DNA of 64,000 nucleotides. Source: Heptranchias perlo. Lineage: Eukaryota. Positions 37,291 to 49,790 of the stretch are shown in pieces. The notes under the pieces were generated by a model that saw nothing but the letters and a program-made list of their open reading frames with translations, searched no databases and had not been told where the DNA came from. The stretch covers positions 31,434,001-31,498,000 of the forward strand of contig NC_090343.1 of the NCBI RefSeq assembly GCF_035084215.1. The letters are read 5' to 3'. The position numbers and the translations under genes were made by a program. Positions within the stretch are counted from its first letter, which is position 1. Each line of letters begins with the position of its first letter.

Positions 37291-38944
37291 CTCTTTTACT
37301 TTTTTTTAAGTCCCTTACACATTTTCTTCCCTGTAGTGATGTTCAAAATAAAAATTATTTTGTACTGATTGTATCCAAATTTACTCAGGATTTATGGGGT
37401 TCAATTTTTCCTTTGAATTTCTCCCATTTTTTTTACACTAAAATAAAACCAGAAAAAAATCCCCAAAATAGCTATTGGCAATACAAATGGATGCTAGATT
37501 GCTTCTAGATCCTCGATTTACCTATTTGTTTTGATATTTGCAAAGGTTTTAGTCAAGTATCTTTTTGGCTATTTTGTGATGTAGTCTATGCATCTTGGCT
37601 AGGATGTCAGGTGGTAAGCATTATATCCCACATATTGCTTCTTAGTATTTGTGTGCTTCTTATAGGCTAATGCCCAGGTTTAAACTGTGTGGGCCCCATC
37701 CTTTAGGCGTCCCGCACCATTTCCTGACTGAAAAGATAGGCAAAGTGACTTTTCCCCAGGTTGCTCCCAATGGCACTCTTTTAGAATTATTGAAGTGAGG
37801 CAAAGATTGGCTCACCCTGAAATCTTCTCTCCAGGCCTGTGGGGAAGTGCCTCTCCTCTTTTCAACTCCACCCTGATGACTAAATTGAATTTGGGGATTT
37901 ACTCAGTGGGAAATAATAGGCGTTAGCTTCCATTCTACCATTCTGTGGCACAGCATGTCAGTGCACCAATGTGTTGCTCCTCTGAAACCTTTATTTATGT
38001 GGTAGTGAGTCACTGACCCATTTAACAGAAAAAGGCTCACAAATGTATAAATTCATTGTAAAAGACAACATCCAAAACTCATATTACTTTAGGGTGAGAT
38101 TATTGCAGTTTCCAGTAAAAGTCACCTCCATATTCATGTTAGGGAACCTATCTTATTTTAGGAATTTTAAAGTAAAACTTTAAAGCAATTAACTAGCTAT
38201 CAATTATTGTACCACATGCCAAACCCACCCTCTAGAAAACTAGAACTTACCAAAGATGCAGTAAGCTGAGACAGTGTAGGCTTGGGCTCAGTATTTACAG
38301 GGAACCTCACTTTATTTCAGAAGCAAGTTTAGGTATCTCCAATACCCATGCAGTATGAAATGCAAAGTCTCTTCCAGGCAAATCTGGCAAATTAATATAA
38401 TTAGTCAGTTATGCCATCAAGTAATTTCATCTTTAAGAAGGCAGGAGCAAACATGTAGCTTGCAATAATAGACGTGTGGGAGAGGATTATTAGATAAAAG
38501 CACAATGCCATAAACCACAATAGGGAAGTTTACCTGAAGATAGCAGTATGCTACTGCTTTTTAACCCCTTCCTACTTATTCTTTATTAGATATATACTAT
38601 TTTCATTCTAGCCTTACTTAGATTGTCTGGAGATTGTTTGTCAGGGGATTATGCAGTGGGAAAAATATCAGTAAACATTGACAGGAATTGATGTGATATA
38701 CAAGTGTGAGTTTATTAATTATGGTTAGGATTTTCACTTCTGCCCTCCCCAGCCTGCAATTCTCTGCCCATTCATTTTAATGAAGGACTAGAAGGTGAAC
38801 TGTGGATGCCAATTTCTCCCCCATAGTGTATGTGTGAATAGCTGAGGCAACGTGGGATAAGGAAGCTACAGATGGAAGCACAAAAAACTGTCAAAGAGGA
38901 GCAGGCTCCAGCAGTCTAGAAACCTGAGACAAGAAAAAAGCAGG

Positions 38945-39575
38945 TGAACATAAGGGTGCAAACCACCTCACCAGCATGGTGTTCCAAAAGCGGGTCCCCA
39001 TCGCTAGCACCAACTTGTTCCCTCTCCATCCTCTGGAAACGCCAGCACATCCATCCCATATTGCCAGCACTTCCTACCGAAGTGAAAGTGGGAGCTCCAT
39101 TAGGGAGAAAAAACATCTGGAAAATTCCTCTCTGACCCCTTTAGGTGATCAAAACTACACCAGGAGATCACATTGACCCTGATTTATATAACAAGGTATC
39201 TGCTTCTTGTACGAGGTGATCTCCACTCCAGCCAGAAACAGGTCCAGTTCTCCCTTTAAGGAATACAGCGAATCAGTATTCACTGTACAAGCCAGCATTC
39301 TGTTCCCAAGGTCCACTATTCTCTGGGAAAAGTAAAACCGCCTCACATCTAACCTAGTTCTGCCTTTACGTGACTTGTAAGCATAACCCCTAGTCCTCCC
39401 TAACTTATCCAGTCGAAATAGCTGGTCCACGTAAACACAATCTAGTCCCTTCATTATTTTATAAACCTCGATCAAATTGCCCCTGAATCTACGCTTCTCT
39501 AAAGTGTACCGATTCAGCTCTTTGAGCCTATTTGCGTGGCTAAGGTGTTTTAAACTGGGAATCAACCTTGTTGTG
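38945..39575 (-). mobile_element. CR1 3' fragment, subfamily of 26250-28545
   Basis: ORF 39155-39631 (RLIPSLKHLS...RRFYFSQRIVD). The 3' UTR resembles 26390-26600. Confidence 0.8.
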
Positions 39576-39577
39576 CT

Positions 39578-41165
39578 TTTCCTCAAGCTTGTGTTGAGCT
39601 TCATTGGTACAGTGGAGAAGGCTAAAGACAAAGAGGTCAGAGTGGGAGTGGGATGGGAAATTGAAGTGACAGGAAGATTGGAGTCGCACTTGCAGACAGA
39701 ATCACGGTTTTCAGAAAGCGGTCACTTAATCTGTGTTTGAGCTCCCCATTGAAGTAGAGACTGCACCTTGAGCAGCAAATACAGTATACAGGTTGCAGGA
39801 AGTATATATAAATTGCTGTTTCACCCAGAAGGAATGTGTGGGGCCTTGGAACGTGGTATGGGAAGAGGTGAATAGGCAGTTATTGCATCTCCTGCGCTTG
39901 CACAGGAAAGTACCAGGGGAAAGAAAGCAGGAGATAGGGGTGGTGGAAGGCTGAACCAGGATATCATGGAGGGAATGGCCCCCTTTGGAAAGCAGAGACA
40001 GAGGAGGGTGGAAGATGTGTCTGGTGATGGGATCTTGTTGGACTTGGCTGAAATGGCAGAAGATGATCTGTTGAATGTGGAGGCTGTTGGGGTGGAGGGT
40101 TGTGAGGGGGTTAGGGCAGCAGCACGGGATCTGTCCAATTGTCCTGTTTGCCACGGTGGAGGGAAATCATCAGCTGAGTAATAAGGAGGTAATTTCAGAT
40201 ATTTTGGTGTGGAAAGTGGCATCATCAGGGTAGATGCGACTCAGCTGGAGAAACTGGGAGAAAGGAATAGAGTCCTTACAGTGTCAGCCAAGGCACAGTG
40301 GTAGCACTCATACCTCTGAGTTAGAAGGTTGTGGGTTCAAGTCCTACTCCAGAGACTTGAGCATAAAATCTAGACTGACATTCCAGTGCAGTACTGAGGG
40401 AGTGCAGCACTACGAAACTGTGAGTGTTAAACCGAGACTCCATCTGCCCTCTCAGGTGGATGTAAAAGATCCCATGACACTATTTGAAGAAGAGCAGGGG
40501 ACTTCTCCCCACTGTTCTGGCCTATATTTATTCCTCAATGAACATCACTAGAACAGATTATCTGGTCGTTATCACATCACTCTTTATAGAACCTTGCTCT
40601 GCACAAATTGGCTGCTGCGTTTCCTGCATTACAACAGTGATTATACTTCAAAAGTACTTCATTGGCTGTAATGCGCTTTGGGACGTCCTGAGCTCATGAA
40701 AGGTGCTATATAAATGCAAGTCTTTCTTTTTCGTTTTAAGGGAAGGGTGGAAATTTGAAACATAATTAACAAAATTCTCTAAATTGGGACAAGAGCAGGG
40801 AACAATAGTTACAGTCATCGATATAATGAACACTGCAATCAGGGAGGGGATCTGAGTAGAACTGGAACAAGAGTATTCAACATATTTTACAAAAAATCAG
40901 GCATACCTAGGACCCATACGGGTTCCCATAACAACACCTTTTATCTGGAGGAAGTGAATGGAATTAAAGGAAAAGTTGTGCAATGTGAAAACAAGCTCAG
41001 GCAGGTGTAGGATGGTGATGACGAATGGGGACTGGTTGGTCAGGGAAGAAGCAAAGGGCCTGCAGGCCATCCTGCTGAGGGATGGAGGTGTAGGGAGTCT
41101 GTACTTCCATAGTGAAAAGGAGAGTGTGAAATTTGTTAAAGTGGCAGAGGGCATCAGAAGAAGAG
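39578..41165 (-). mobile_element. Decayed Penelope-like retroelement (RT + GIY-YIG), interrupted by a SINE
   Basis: RT motifs NFSFNS.HFLQIKGVVMGTRMGP.YA (40897-41154), HYIDDC and FHPSLK. Linker CKDSIPFSQFL. Cys motif GTFLCKRRRCNNC (39726-40154). Confidence 0.85.
40283..40730 (+). mobile_element. tRNA-headed SINE of the DeuSINE superfamily (SacSINE1-like), near full length
   Basis: A box GGCACAGTGG and B box GGGTTCAAGTCC. Deu-like core TTAAACCGAG...AAAGATCCCATGACACTATTTGAAGAAGAGCAGGGG. L2-like tail. Confidence 0.88.
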
Positions 41166-41174
41166 GGCATCAAT

Positions 41175-41267
41175 AGTGATTACATTTTAAAAGTATTTCA
41201 TTGGCTGTGAAGCACTTGGGACATCCTGAGCACTTGAAAGGCACTATATAAATACAAAAGCTTTCTT
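41175..41267 (+). mobile_element. 3' tail fragment of the same SINE family
   Basis: AAAAGTATTTCATTGGCTGTGAAGCACTTGGGACATCCTGAG...AAGGCACTATATAAATACAA. Confidence 0.7.
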
Positions 41268-41361
41268 CACCCAACACAGATCCAACCCCAATGTCTTTTT
41301 TGAGAGAAACAGGGAATAAACATGACCTGTATAAGAGATCTCCACTTAATTGACATTTTTA

Positions 41362-44300
41362 TGCTAGTCAGAGTAGAAATAGGAGGATATTTCAAATGAA
41401 TACTTGGCAAGAGGAGTGGTGGAAGGAGGAGGGATTCAAATTCCTGGGGCATTGGAACCGGTTCTGGGGGAGGTGGGATCAGTACAAACCGGACGGTCTG
41501 CACCTGGGCAGGGCCGGTTCCGCTGTCCTAGGTGGAGTGTTTGCTATTGCTGTTGGGAGGGTTTAAACTAAAGTGGCAGGGTGTTGGGAACCTGAGCAGG
41601 GAGACAGAGGAAAGCGTGTCAGGAAGGGGCAGAAGGTATGGAGTAAAAGGTAAAGTGTTAAAAAAGGAAAAAGCAGGAACTAAGTGTCACAAAACATATT
41701 TGAAAGTTCTTTATCTGAATGCGCGTAGCATTCGTAACAAAATGGACGAGGTAACGGCACAAATAACTACGTATGGGTATGATCTTGTGACCATTACAGA
41801 AACATGGCTGCAGGGTGACAACGACTGGGAATTAAATATGCTAGGGTATTTAACAATCAGGAAGGACAGGCAGGAAGGAAGGGGAGGTGAGGTGGCTATG
41901 TTAATAAAGGAAGGAATCACTGTAATACAGAGAAATGATATTGGGACAAAGGATCAGGATAATGAAACAGTTTGGGTAGAGATAAGGAATAATAAGGGGA
42001 AAAAAACACTCGTGGGCGTAGTATATAGGCCTCCTAATAGTTGCAACTCTGCTGGAAGAAGTATTAATCAGGAAATAGTCAGGGCATGTAATAAGGGAAC
42101 AGCTATAATTATGGGGGATTTTAACTATCATATTAACTGGACAAATCAAATTGGGCAGGGCAGCCTTGAGGAAGAGTTTATTGAGTGTATTAGGAATGGA
42201 TTTCTTGAGCAGTATGTAACTGATCCTACAAGGGGGAAAGCAACCTTGGACCTGGTCCTGTGTAATGAGCCAGGATTAATTAATAATGTCCTAGTTAAGG
42301 ATCCCCTTGGAATGAGTGACCATAACATGGTTACATTCCATATCCAATTAGCGGGTGAGAAGGTTGGTTCTCAAACAAGCATACGGAGCTTGAATAAAGG
42401 AGACTATGATGGTATGAGAGCGGAATTGATTAAAGTGGACTGGGAAAATAGATTAGATGGTACATGAGCAGTGGTGTTCATTTAAGGAGTTATTTTACAA
42501 CTTTCAAAAATATATATTCCACTGAGGAAAAAAGGGTGTAAAAGAAATGACAGCCATCCGTGGCTAAGTAAAGAAATTAAGGACAGTATCTGACTAAAAA
42601 CAAGGACATATATGGTAGCCAAACTTAGTGGGAGGATAGAAGATTGGGAAGTCTTCAAAAGACAGCAAAAAGTAACTAAAGGATTGATTAAGAAAGGGAA
42701 GATAGATTATGAAAATAAATTAGCAAAAAATATATAAACAGATAGCAAGAGTTTCTATAGTTATATAAAAAGAAAAAGGGTGGCTAAGGCAAACGTAGGT
42801 CCCTTAGAGGATGAGACCGGGAAATTAATGGTGGGAAACATGGAGATGGCAAAAATGCTGAACAAATATTTTGTTTCAGTCTTTACGGTAGAGGACACTA
42901 AGAATATCCCAACACTGGACAAACAGGGGGCTCTAGGGGGGGAGGAGCTAAATACGATTAAAATCACTAAGGAATTGGTACTCAGTAAAATAATGGGACT
43001 CAAAACGGATAAATCCCCTGGACCTGATGGCTTACATCCGAGGGTCTTGAGGGAAGTGGCAGTAGGGATTGTGGATGCTTTGGTAATAATTTTCCAAAAT
43101 TCTCTGGACTCAGCAAAGGTCCCGGCAGATTGGAAAACTGCTAATGTAACACCCTTATTTAAAAAGGGTAGTAGGCTGAAGGCTGGAAATTATAGACCAG
43201 TTAGCCTAACATCTGTGGTGGGTAAAATTTTGGAGTCTATTATTAAGGAGACAGTAACGGAAGATTTAGATAAACATAATTTAATAGGACAAAGTCAGCA
43301 TGGCTTTATGAATGGGAAGTCATGTCTGACAAATTTGCTTGAGTTCTTTGAGGACATAACGTACAGGGTGGATAAAGGGGAACCAGTGGACATAGTGTAT
43401 TTAGACTTCCAGAAGGCATTCGACAAGGTGCCACATAAAAGATTATTGCTCAAGATAAAGAATCACTGGATTGGGGGTAATATTCTGGCATGGGTGGAGG
43501 ATTGGTTATCCAACAAGAAGCAGAGAGTTGGGATAAATGGTTCATTCTCGGACTGGCAACCAGTAGCCAGTGGTGTTCCGCAGGGGTCGGTGCTGGGTCC
43601 CCAACTCTTTACAATCTATATTAACGATTTGGAGGAGGGGACCGAGTGTAACATATCAAAGTTTGCAGATGATACAAAGATGGGAGGGAAAGTAGAGAGT
43701 GAGGAGGACATAAAAAATCTACAAGGGGATCTGGACAGGCTGGGTGAGTGGGCGGAGATTTGGCAGATGCAAAACAATATTGGAAAATGTGAGGTTATGC
43801 ACTTTGGCAGGAAAAATCAGAGAGCAAGTTATTATCTTAATGACGAGAAACTGGAAAGTACTGCAGTACAAAGGGATCTGGGGGTCCTAGTGCAAGAAAA
43901 TCAAAAAGTTAGTATGCAGGTGCAGCAGGTGATCAAGAAGGTCAACGGAATGTTGGCTTTTATTGCTAGGGGGATAGAATATAAAAACAGGGAGGTATTG
44001 CTGCAGTTATATAAGGTATTGGTGAGACCGCACCTGGAATACTGCATCCAGTTTTGCTGTCCATACTTAAGAAAAGACATACTTGCTCTCGAGGCAGTAC
44101 AAAGAAGGTTCACTCGGCTAATCCCGGGGATGAGCGGGTGGACATATGAGGAGAGGTTGAGTAGATTGGTTCTCTACTCATTGGAGTTCAGAAGAATGAG
44201 AGGCGATCTTATTGAAACATATAAGATTGTGAAGGGGCTTGATCGGGTGGATGCGGTAAGGATGTTCCCAAGGATGGGTGAAACTAGAACCAGGGGGCAT

Positions 44301-44700
44301 AATCTTAGAATAAGGGGCTTCTCTTTCAAAACTGAGATGAGGAGAAACTTCTTCACTCAGAGGGTAGTAGGTCTGTGGAATTTGCTGCCCCAGGAAGCTG
44401 TGGAAGCTACATCATTAAATAAATTTAAAACAGAAATAGACAGTTTCCTAGAAGTAAAGGGAATTAGGGGTTACGGGAAGCGGACAGGAAATTGGACATG
44501 AAGCTGAGTTCAGATCGGTCAAGGCCCTGTGGGTGGCGGAGCGGGCCCAGGGGCTGAGTGGCCGGGTCCTGTTCCTACTTCTTGTGTTCTTTAGATTTGA
44601 GGTTAGGATCAGATCAGCCATGATCTTATTGAATGGCGGAGCAGGCTCGAGGGGCCGATTGGCCTACTCCTGCTCCTATTTCTTATGTTCTTATGTTCTT
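41362..44700 (+). mobile_element. CR1 LINE (HER1-type) retaining the ORF1 3' end, full-span ORF2 and a duplicated 3' UTR
   Basis: ORF1 SGNH-esterase block V (FWGRWDQYKPDGLHL) at about 41362-41570. ORF2 41532-42467 plus 42780-44501. Tail TTCTTATG repeats. Confidence 0.95.
41532..44501 (+). pseudogene. CR1 ORF2 endonuclease-reverse transcriptase, disrupted near 42460-42600
   Basis: YLNARSIRNK, ITETW, YRPP, GDFN and SDH. Open 573-aa RT segment with [10 protein letters not shown] and FADD. Confidence 0.93.
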
Positions 44701-45965
44701 AAAGGCACTTAACAATCAGAAGAGAATTTGCATTGGTTAAAAAAAAAAACAAATTACATTCCACAGCTACAGGGAAACTACTTTAGCAATTTCAATGTCG
44801 GACAAATTCAGGAAGTCTGCAGTCTTAGGGCAGAAGCTCATTGGATGGGACTGCAGGTTGGAGAATTGGGGCTGAATTGGGGCTGGAGTGTTATAGCTCT
44901 ATCTCTGTGCACTTTCATATCTAACAAGTCTGTCTCTGGGAGTGCAGCCTGCATTGAATTTGCTCATATATCTGCCAAGAATGAATGTCACATTTCAAGC
45001 TTTCTCCCCAGTGCTTGCTCTCATGTTAATGGATAGGTAGTAGCTTCCAGAAGCAGACTTCTTATAAACTGAACTCGTGCCTTTGTTCATCACCATGTAC
45101 AGGATAGCGTGCCTAGCTTTACCACTTCACCCCTATTCATAGTAAACCACTTCCTGGAAAATATCTAGGATGCCCATCACATTCTCCTGTCACACTCGAA
45201 AGCAAAAGAAACAAACATATTGTCAGACCAGTACATCCAGGCTAAAATGTTTAGTTCAATTTTAGTTTAGGTAAAATAATACATTGAAGCAAAAAGATAC
45301 AGCAAGATACTAAACATCACAATACTTAAAAACAAGAGAACTAGAATCAGTTTACAAGGGATTAATATGTCCATTTCAGGTGTTTCCTACAGTCTCTGAA
45401 AAGCAACAGATCTTATACCAGGTACAGTCTGGTTTATGTTTTGTGTAGGCTTTCACAATTCAATGTTGTACCCAGATATTCTAAGTTTGAACTCATTCAC
45501 AGAGTTTGTTGTTTACACACCAGAAATAAATATTAACTTCTTTCATATTACAGCCACTACGTTTACAATAAAGCAACCAATTGCAGTGCTAATAGCCTTG
45601 CCCCGGGACATAAAGTCTTAATGCCTGAAAGCTGCAGTTTCCTCCATATATTTCATGTAACAGATTTTCTGAATAGTTCGGTAAACATTTGGTATACAGT
45701 TGTCTATGTCACTGCCTGTAAATTCCCATTCATTCACATTTCAAATAGGCTGTTTTAGTCATCAAAGTAACTGTGCTGAAAGCAATGGGTTTCATCCTGC
45801 AACAAATAAAGAATGTTTTTGTATTTTATGTCATAGAATTAAACTAGAGTTAAAATGGAAGGTGTCTTTCACTATTAAACTTCAAAATGGAGACTGCACC
45901 CCAGTTGCCTGTGAGGCATGGGCCAGGTTGTTTGATCTGGAAAATTATCAAGATACAGAGGCTTT

Positions 45966-46234
45966 GAATAGGGAATTTAGGAGAAATTTCTTTACCCAGA
46001 GAGTGGTTAGAATGTGGAACTTGCTACCACATGGAGTAGTTGAGGCAACTAGCATAGATGCATTTAAGGGGAAGCTAGATTAACAGATGAGAAAGAAAGG
46101 AATAGAAGCATATGTTGTTGGGGTTAGACGAAGAAGGGTGGGAGGAGGCTCACGTGGAGCATAAACACCATCATGGACCTGTTGGGCCGAATGGCCTGTT
46201 TCTGTGCTTTACATTCTGTGTAATTCTATATAAT
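45966..46234 (+). mobile_element. CR1 3' end
   Basis: NREFRRNFFTQRVVRMWNLLP...FKGKLD plus 3' UTR GGGCCGAATGGCCTGTTTCTGTG and ATTCTA repeats. Confidence 0.88.
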
Positions 46235-46314
46235 TTATTCTAAATGCTAATCAAATTATACATGTTCAAAGCATTAACAGATATGTTATGTAACCAAGGA
46301 ATAGCATGTAGATA

Positions 46315-46612
46315 GTGAAAAGGAGGGCCCCAATGATGGATACCTAAGTGACACCAGAGGTGACCATGCAAGCAGAGGAGAAGCTGTTGGCAACAATATA
46401 ATACATATGTTGAGTTAGGTTAAGAACAGATTCAGAAAGAGAGTTCCATGGAGGTGGACTGCAGAGAAGATATTGGAGGAAAATAGAGTTATCAACTGTG
46501 TCAAAAGTAGCAGAGAGGTCAAAGAGGACAAGGACAGGTAAGAAGTCATGGTTACAGTTGCACAGGATGCCATTTGTGACTTTGACCAATGCAGTCACAG
46601 TACTGTGGATGG
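46315..46612 (-). mobile_element. Old L2 RT fragment
   Basis: ORF 46344-46598: TALVKVTNGIL...LVLFDLSATFDTVD...SGV. Confidence 0.75.
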
Positions 46613-46644
46613 TTGAGATAATTTTGAATACTATAAAGATAGCT

Positions 46645-47104
46645 GGCCCTGAAATGCCTTGGGGGTTCCATTGGTCTCCCGTAATAACTCTGAAGGGGGC
46701 CTCAAATGTGCCGGCAGTGTGCCAAAGTTTTTTTGTGGGCCCAGGAGGAGACCCACAACAATATAAACTGAAAATTTCTTTGGCCAGCTTTTGAGTGGCC
46801 TCCGTGGTCCCTTTAAGAATCCCTGGTTAGGCCACTCAAAGCCTGGTTCAACTAGGTGAAGCATGTGTGGCGCAAGTCTGTTTGAACCTGAATTTCACAT
46901 GAAAACCAGCATAGGACCCCAATTTGCATATTACAGAGCCTAATGTATGTTTCAGGCAGGCTCCCTGGATGATTAAAAGTCACCCAAGCCAATATGGTGT
47001 TTGGCACAATTCTGGCATAGTTCGGGCGTGGCAGATTGCGCAATGAAATTTGGAGGTCTAGCTCTGATTTTATGCCGGAAAAACATGTGGCCATAAGTTG
47101 ACCC
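46645..47104. mobile_element. MITE-like non-autonomous element
   Basis: GGCCCTGAAATG ... CATAAGTTGACCC ends. Interior GTGGTCCCTTTAAG..CTGGTTAGGC...CAA shared with 9271-9303. Confidence 0.5.
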
Positions 47105-47299
47105 TAACTTTTTTGATTCTATCAAATGGAATGGTTTTAAGGCCTCCAATTTCTGACACAGCTCCTTCTATTGTGCAGTGGTGAACTGCTATTATGGCCC
47201 CTGATGCTTGTTTGGAAATACTCAGATCAGTTGATTCACCCATTAAGGTTGAAATGGTGTAGCTGAATGATGTAAAGAACTCTAATTATTTTGTATCAC

Positions 47300-47551
47300 T
47301 GGATTTTATAGATAGAAGCATTGATTATAAAAGTAACGAAATTAAGTTGAATTTGCACAAAACACAGTTGAAGTATTACGTGCAGTTCTGGCATCCTATT
47401 ATAGGAAGGATATTGGAACCATGAAAAAGACTATAGCTAAGTTTCATCAGAGGGATATTGGGAATGAGAGATTTGAGGTATGAAGAAAGGCTTGAAAAAT
47501 TGGGGCTTTTCTTACTGGAACAGAGAAGCCTAAGTGGCTACCGAATAGAGT
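47300..47551 (+). mobile_element. Old CR1 RT C-terminal fragment
   Basis: LKYYVQFW.../YEERLEKLGLFLLEQRSL. Stops abruptly at TGTCAC (47552). Confidence 0.7.
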
Positions 47552-49790
47552 TGTCACGTTGCAGAATTTTTGATTTTTTTTTTCACAGAAAAGATTTGGG
47601 GATTGAGTTATGTTTAAGTGCTGTGTTTTAAAACAAAGTGAATTTTCACAGGTTTAAAAAAAGAGAGCCAAAGGGGCTGCAGCCAAACTAGCCAGTTTGT
47701 GGAATGTCACAGCTGATAGAATCATAGAATCATACAGAAGTTATGAAGACAGTGGGGCCTATTTTTCAATTGACGAGGAGCTTACTATTCTGTTAACATC
47801 AGCCCACCACTTGCTGCTGTTGGACTTAGCATTTGTGTGGGATTTTAACTGAATTAAAACATGGACCATTTTAATTCCTTTAGACTTTCCTCATTTAGAT
47901 TAGAGGCAGAGATTTTTTTTTAAGAAGTTACAATGAGCCTTTCTGAACATTAAACAAATGGCTGGTGTCTCATCCTCCGCAGGAAACCATGACTCTAGTC
48001 AAACATTTCCCTACCGTCAGGAACTTTTTTTTGTTGACCTCTCGTCCAAAGACCTTGAAAGGTAGGCTCTTGGACTTAAAATAACTGATTCAGACCGCCA
48101 GCAAATTCTATTGGAGCTGGCTGGGAGGAAGTTGCCCAATGGGGAGAACCAAAATGGTTATGTTAGCAGCGTGGCCTTGTTTTCATTCTGTGGGAAATAG
48201 GTCCCAGTGTTACTGTAAATAATATTAAGCTCAATAAAACACAGCACTGAAAAAGTTAACATACTGCTGTTTGGGTTCCGCCAGGAACACTCGGCCCCAA
48301 ACCTCATTACAGCCTTAGTCCAAACATGAACAAAAGAACTGAATTCCAGAGGTGAGGTGAGAGTGACTGCCCTTGACATCAAGGCAGTATTTGACCGAGT
48401 GTGGCACCAAGGAGCCCTAGTAAAATTGAAGTCAACGGGAATCAGGGGGAAAACTCTCCAGTGGCTGGAGAGCACAAAGGAAGATGGTAGTGGTTGTTGG
48501 AGGCCAATCATCTCAGCCCCAGGACATTGCTGCAGGAGTTTCTCAGGGCAGTGTCCTAGGCCCAACCATCATCAGCTGCTTCATCAATGACCTTCCCTCC
48601 ATCATAAGATCAGAAATGGGGATGTTCTCTGATGATTGCACAGTGTTCAGTTCTATTTGCAACCCCTCAGATAAAGAAACAGTCCGTGCCCACATGCAGC
48701 AAGACCTGGACAACATCCAGGCTTAGGCTGATAAGTGGCAAGTAACATTCGCACCAGACAAGTGCCAGGCAATGACCATCTCCAACAAGAGAGAATCTAA
48801 CCACCTCCCCTTGATATTCAACGGCATTACCATCGCCGAATCCCTCACCATCAACATCCTAGGGGTCACCATTGACCAGAAACTTAACTGGACCAGCCAT
48901 ATAAATACTGTGGCTACAACAGCAGGTCAGAGGCTGGGTATTCTGCGGTGTCTACAAGGCACAAGTCCGGAGTGTGATGGAATACTCTCCACTTGCCTGG
49001 ATGAGTGCAGCTCCAACAACACTCAAGAAGCTCGACACCATCCAGGACAAAGCAGCCCGCTTGATTGGCACCCCATCTACCACCCTAAATATTCACTCCC
49101 TTCATCACCGGTGCACTGTGGGTGCAGTGTGTACCATTCACAGGATGCACTGCAGCAACTTGCCAAGGCTTCTTCGACAGCACCTCCCAAACCCGTGACC
49201 TCTACCACCTAGAAGGACAAGGGCAGCAGGCACATGGGAACAACACCACCTGCACGTTCCCCTCCAAGTCACACACCATCCCAACTTGGAAATATATCGC
49301 TGTTCCTTCATCGTCGCTGGGTCAAAATCCTGGAACTCCCTTCCTAACAGCACTGTGGGAGAACCTTCACCACACGGACTGCAGCGGTTCAAGAAGGCGG
49401 CTCACCACCACCGTCTCAAGGGCAATTAGGGATGGGCAATAAATGCTGGCCTTGCCAGCGACGTCCACATCCCATGAACGAATAAAAAAAAATCACCAGA
49501 AGAGATGAATATATAACTTTGTCATTAAAACATTGACAAGAATCACTAAATATTTCAGTAGGTCCTGGACTAGTAACCAAGGCTAGAAATGACCATTTGA
49601 CTTTGAGGTCCTACAGCTGATGAAATCCCAAAGGAGGAAAAGAACAATTAAAAATATTTAGAATGCTTCAGTTTCCAAGTTAAAATCAAAATGTTACTAG
49701 TAATTACAAATCCAGTTGTACATTTTGCCCAGCTCCTGTTATATTTCAGCTCTCCACCTATAGGCTACTGAAAGTAATTAAATTTATAAC
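47552..49790. mobile_element. Possible solo LTR or other insertion interrupting the old CR1, itself interrupted by a LINE
   Basis: Starts TGTCAC exactly where CR1 homology stops. Weak CR1-like sequence may resume near 49800. No clean ...CA end or TSD was found. Confidence 0.25.
48268..49492 (+). mobile_element. 5'-truncated copy of the CR1/Jockey-group LINE (family of 5185-8415)
   Basis: RT fragments 48357-49442. Ends CCACATCCCATGAACGAATAAAAAAAAA. Confidence 0.93.
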
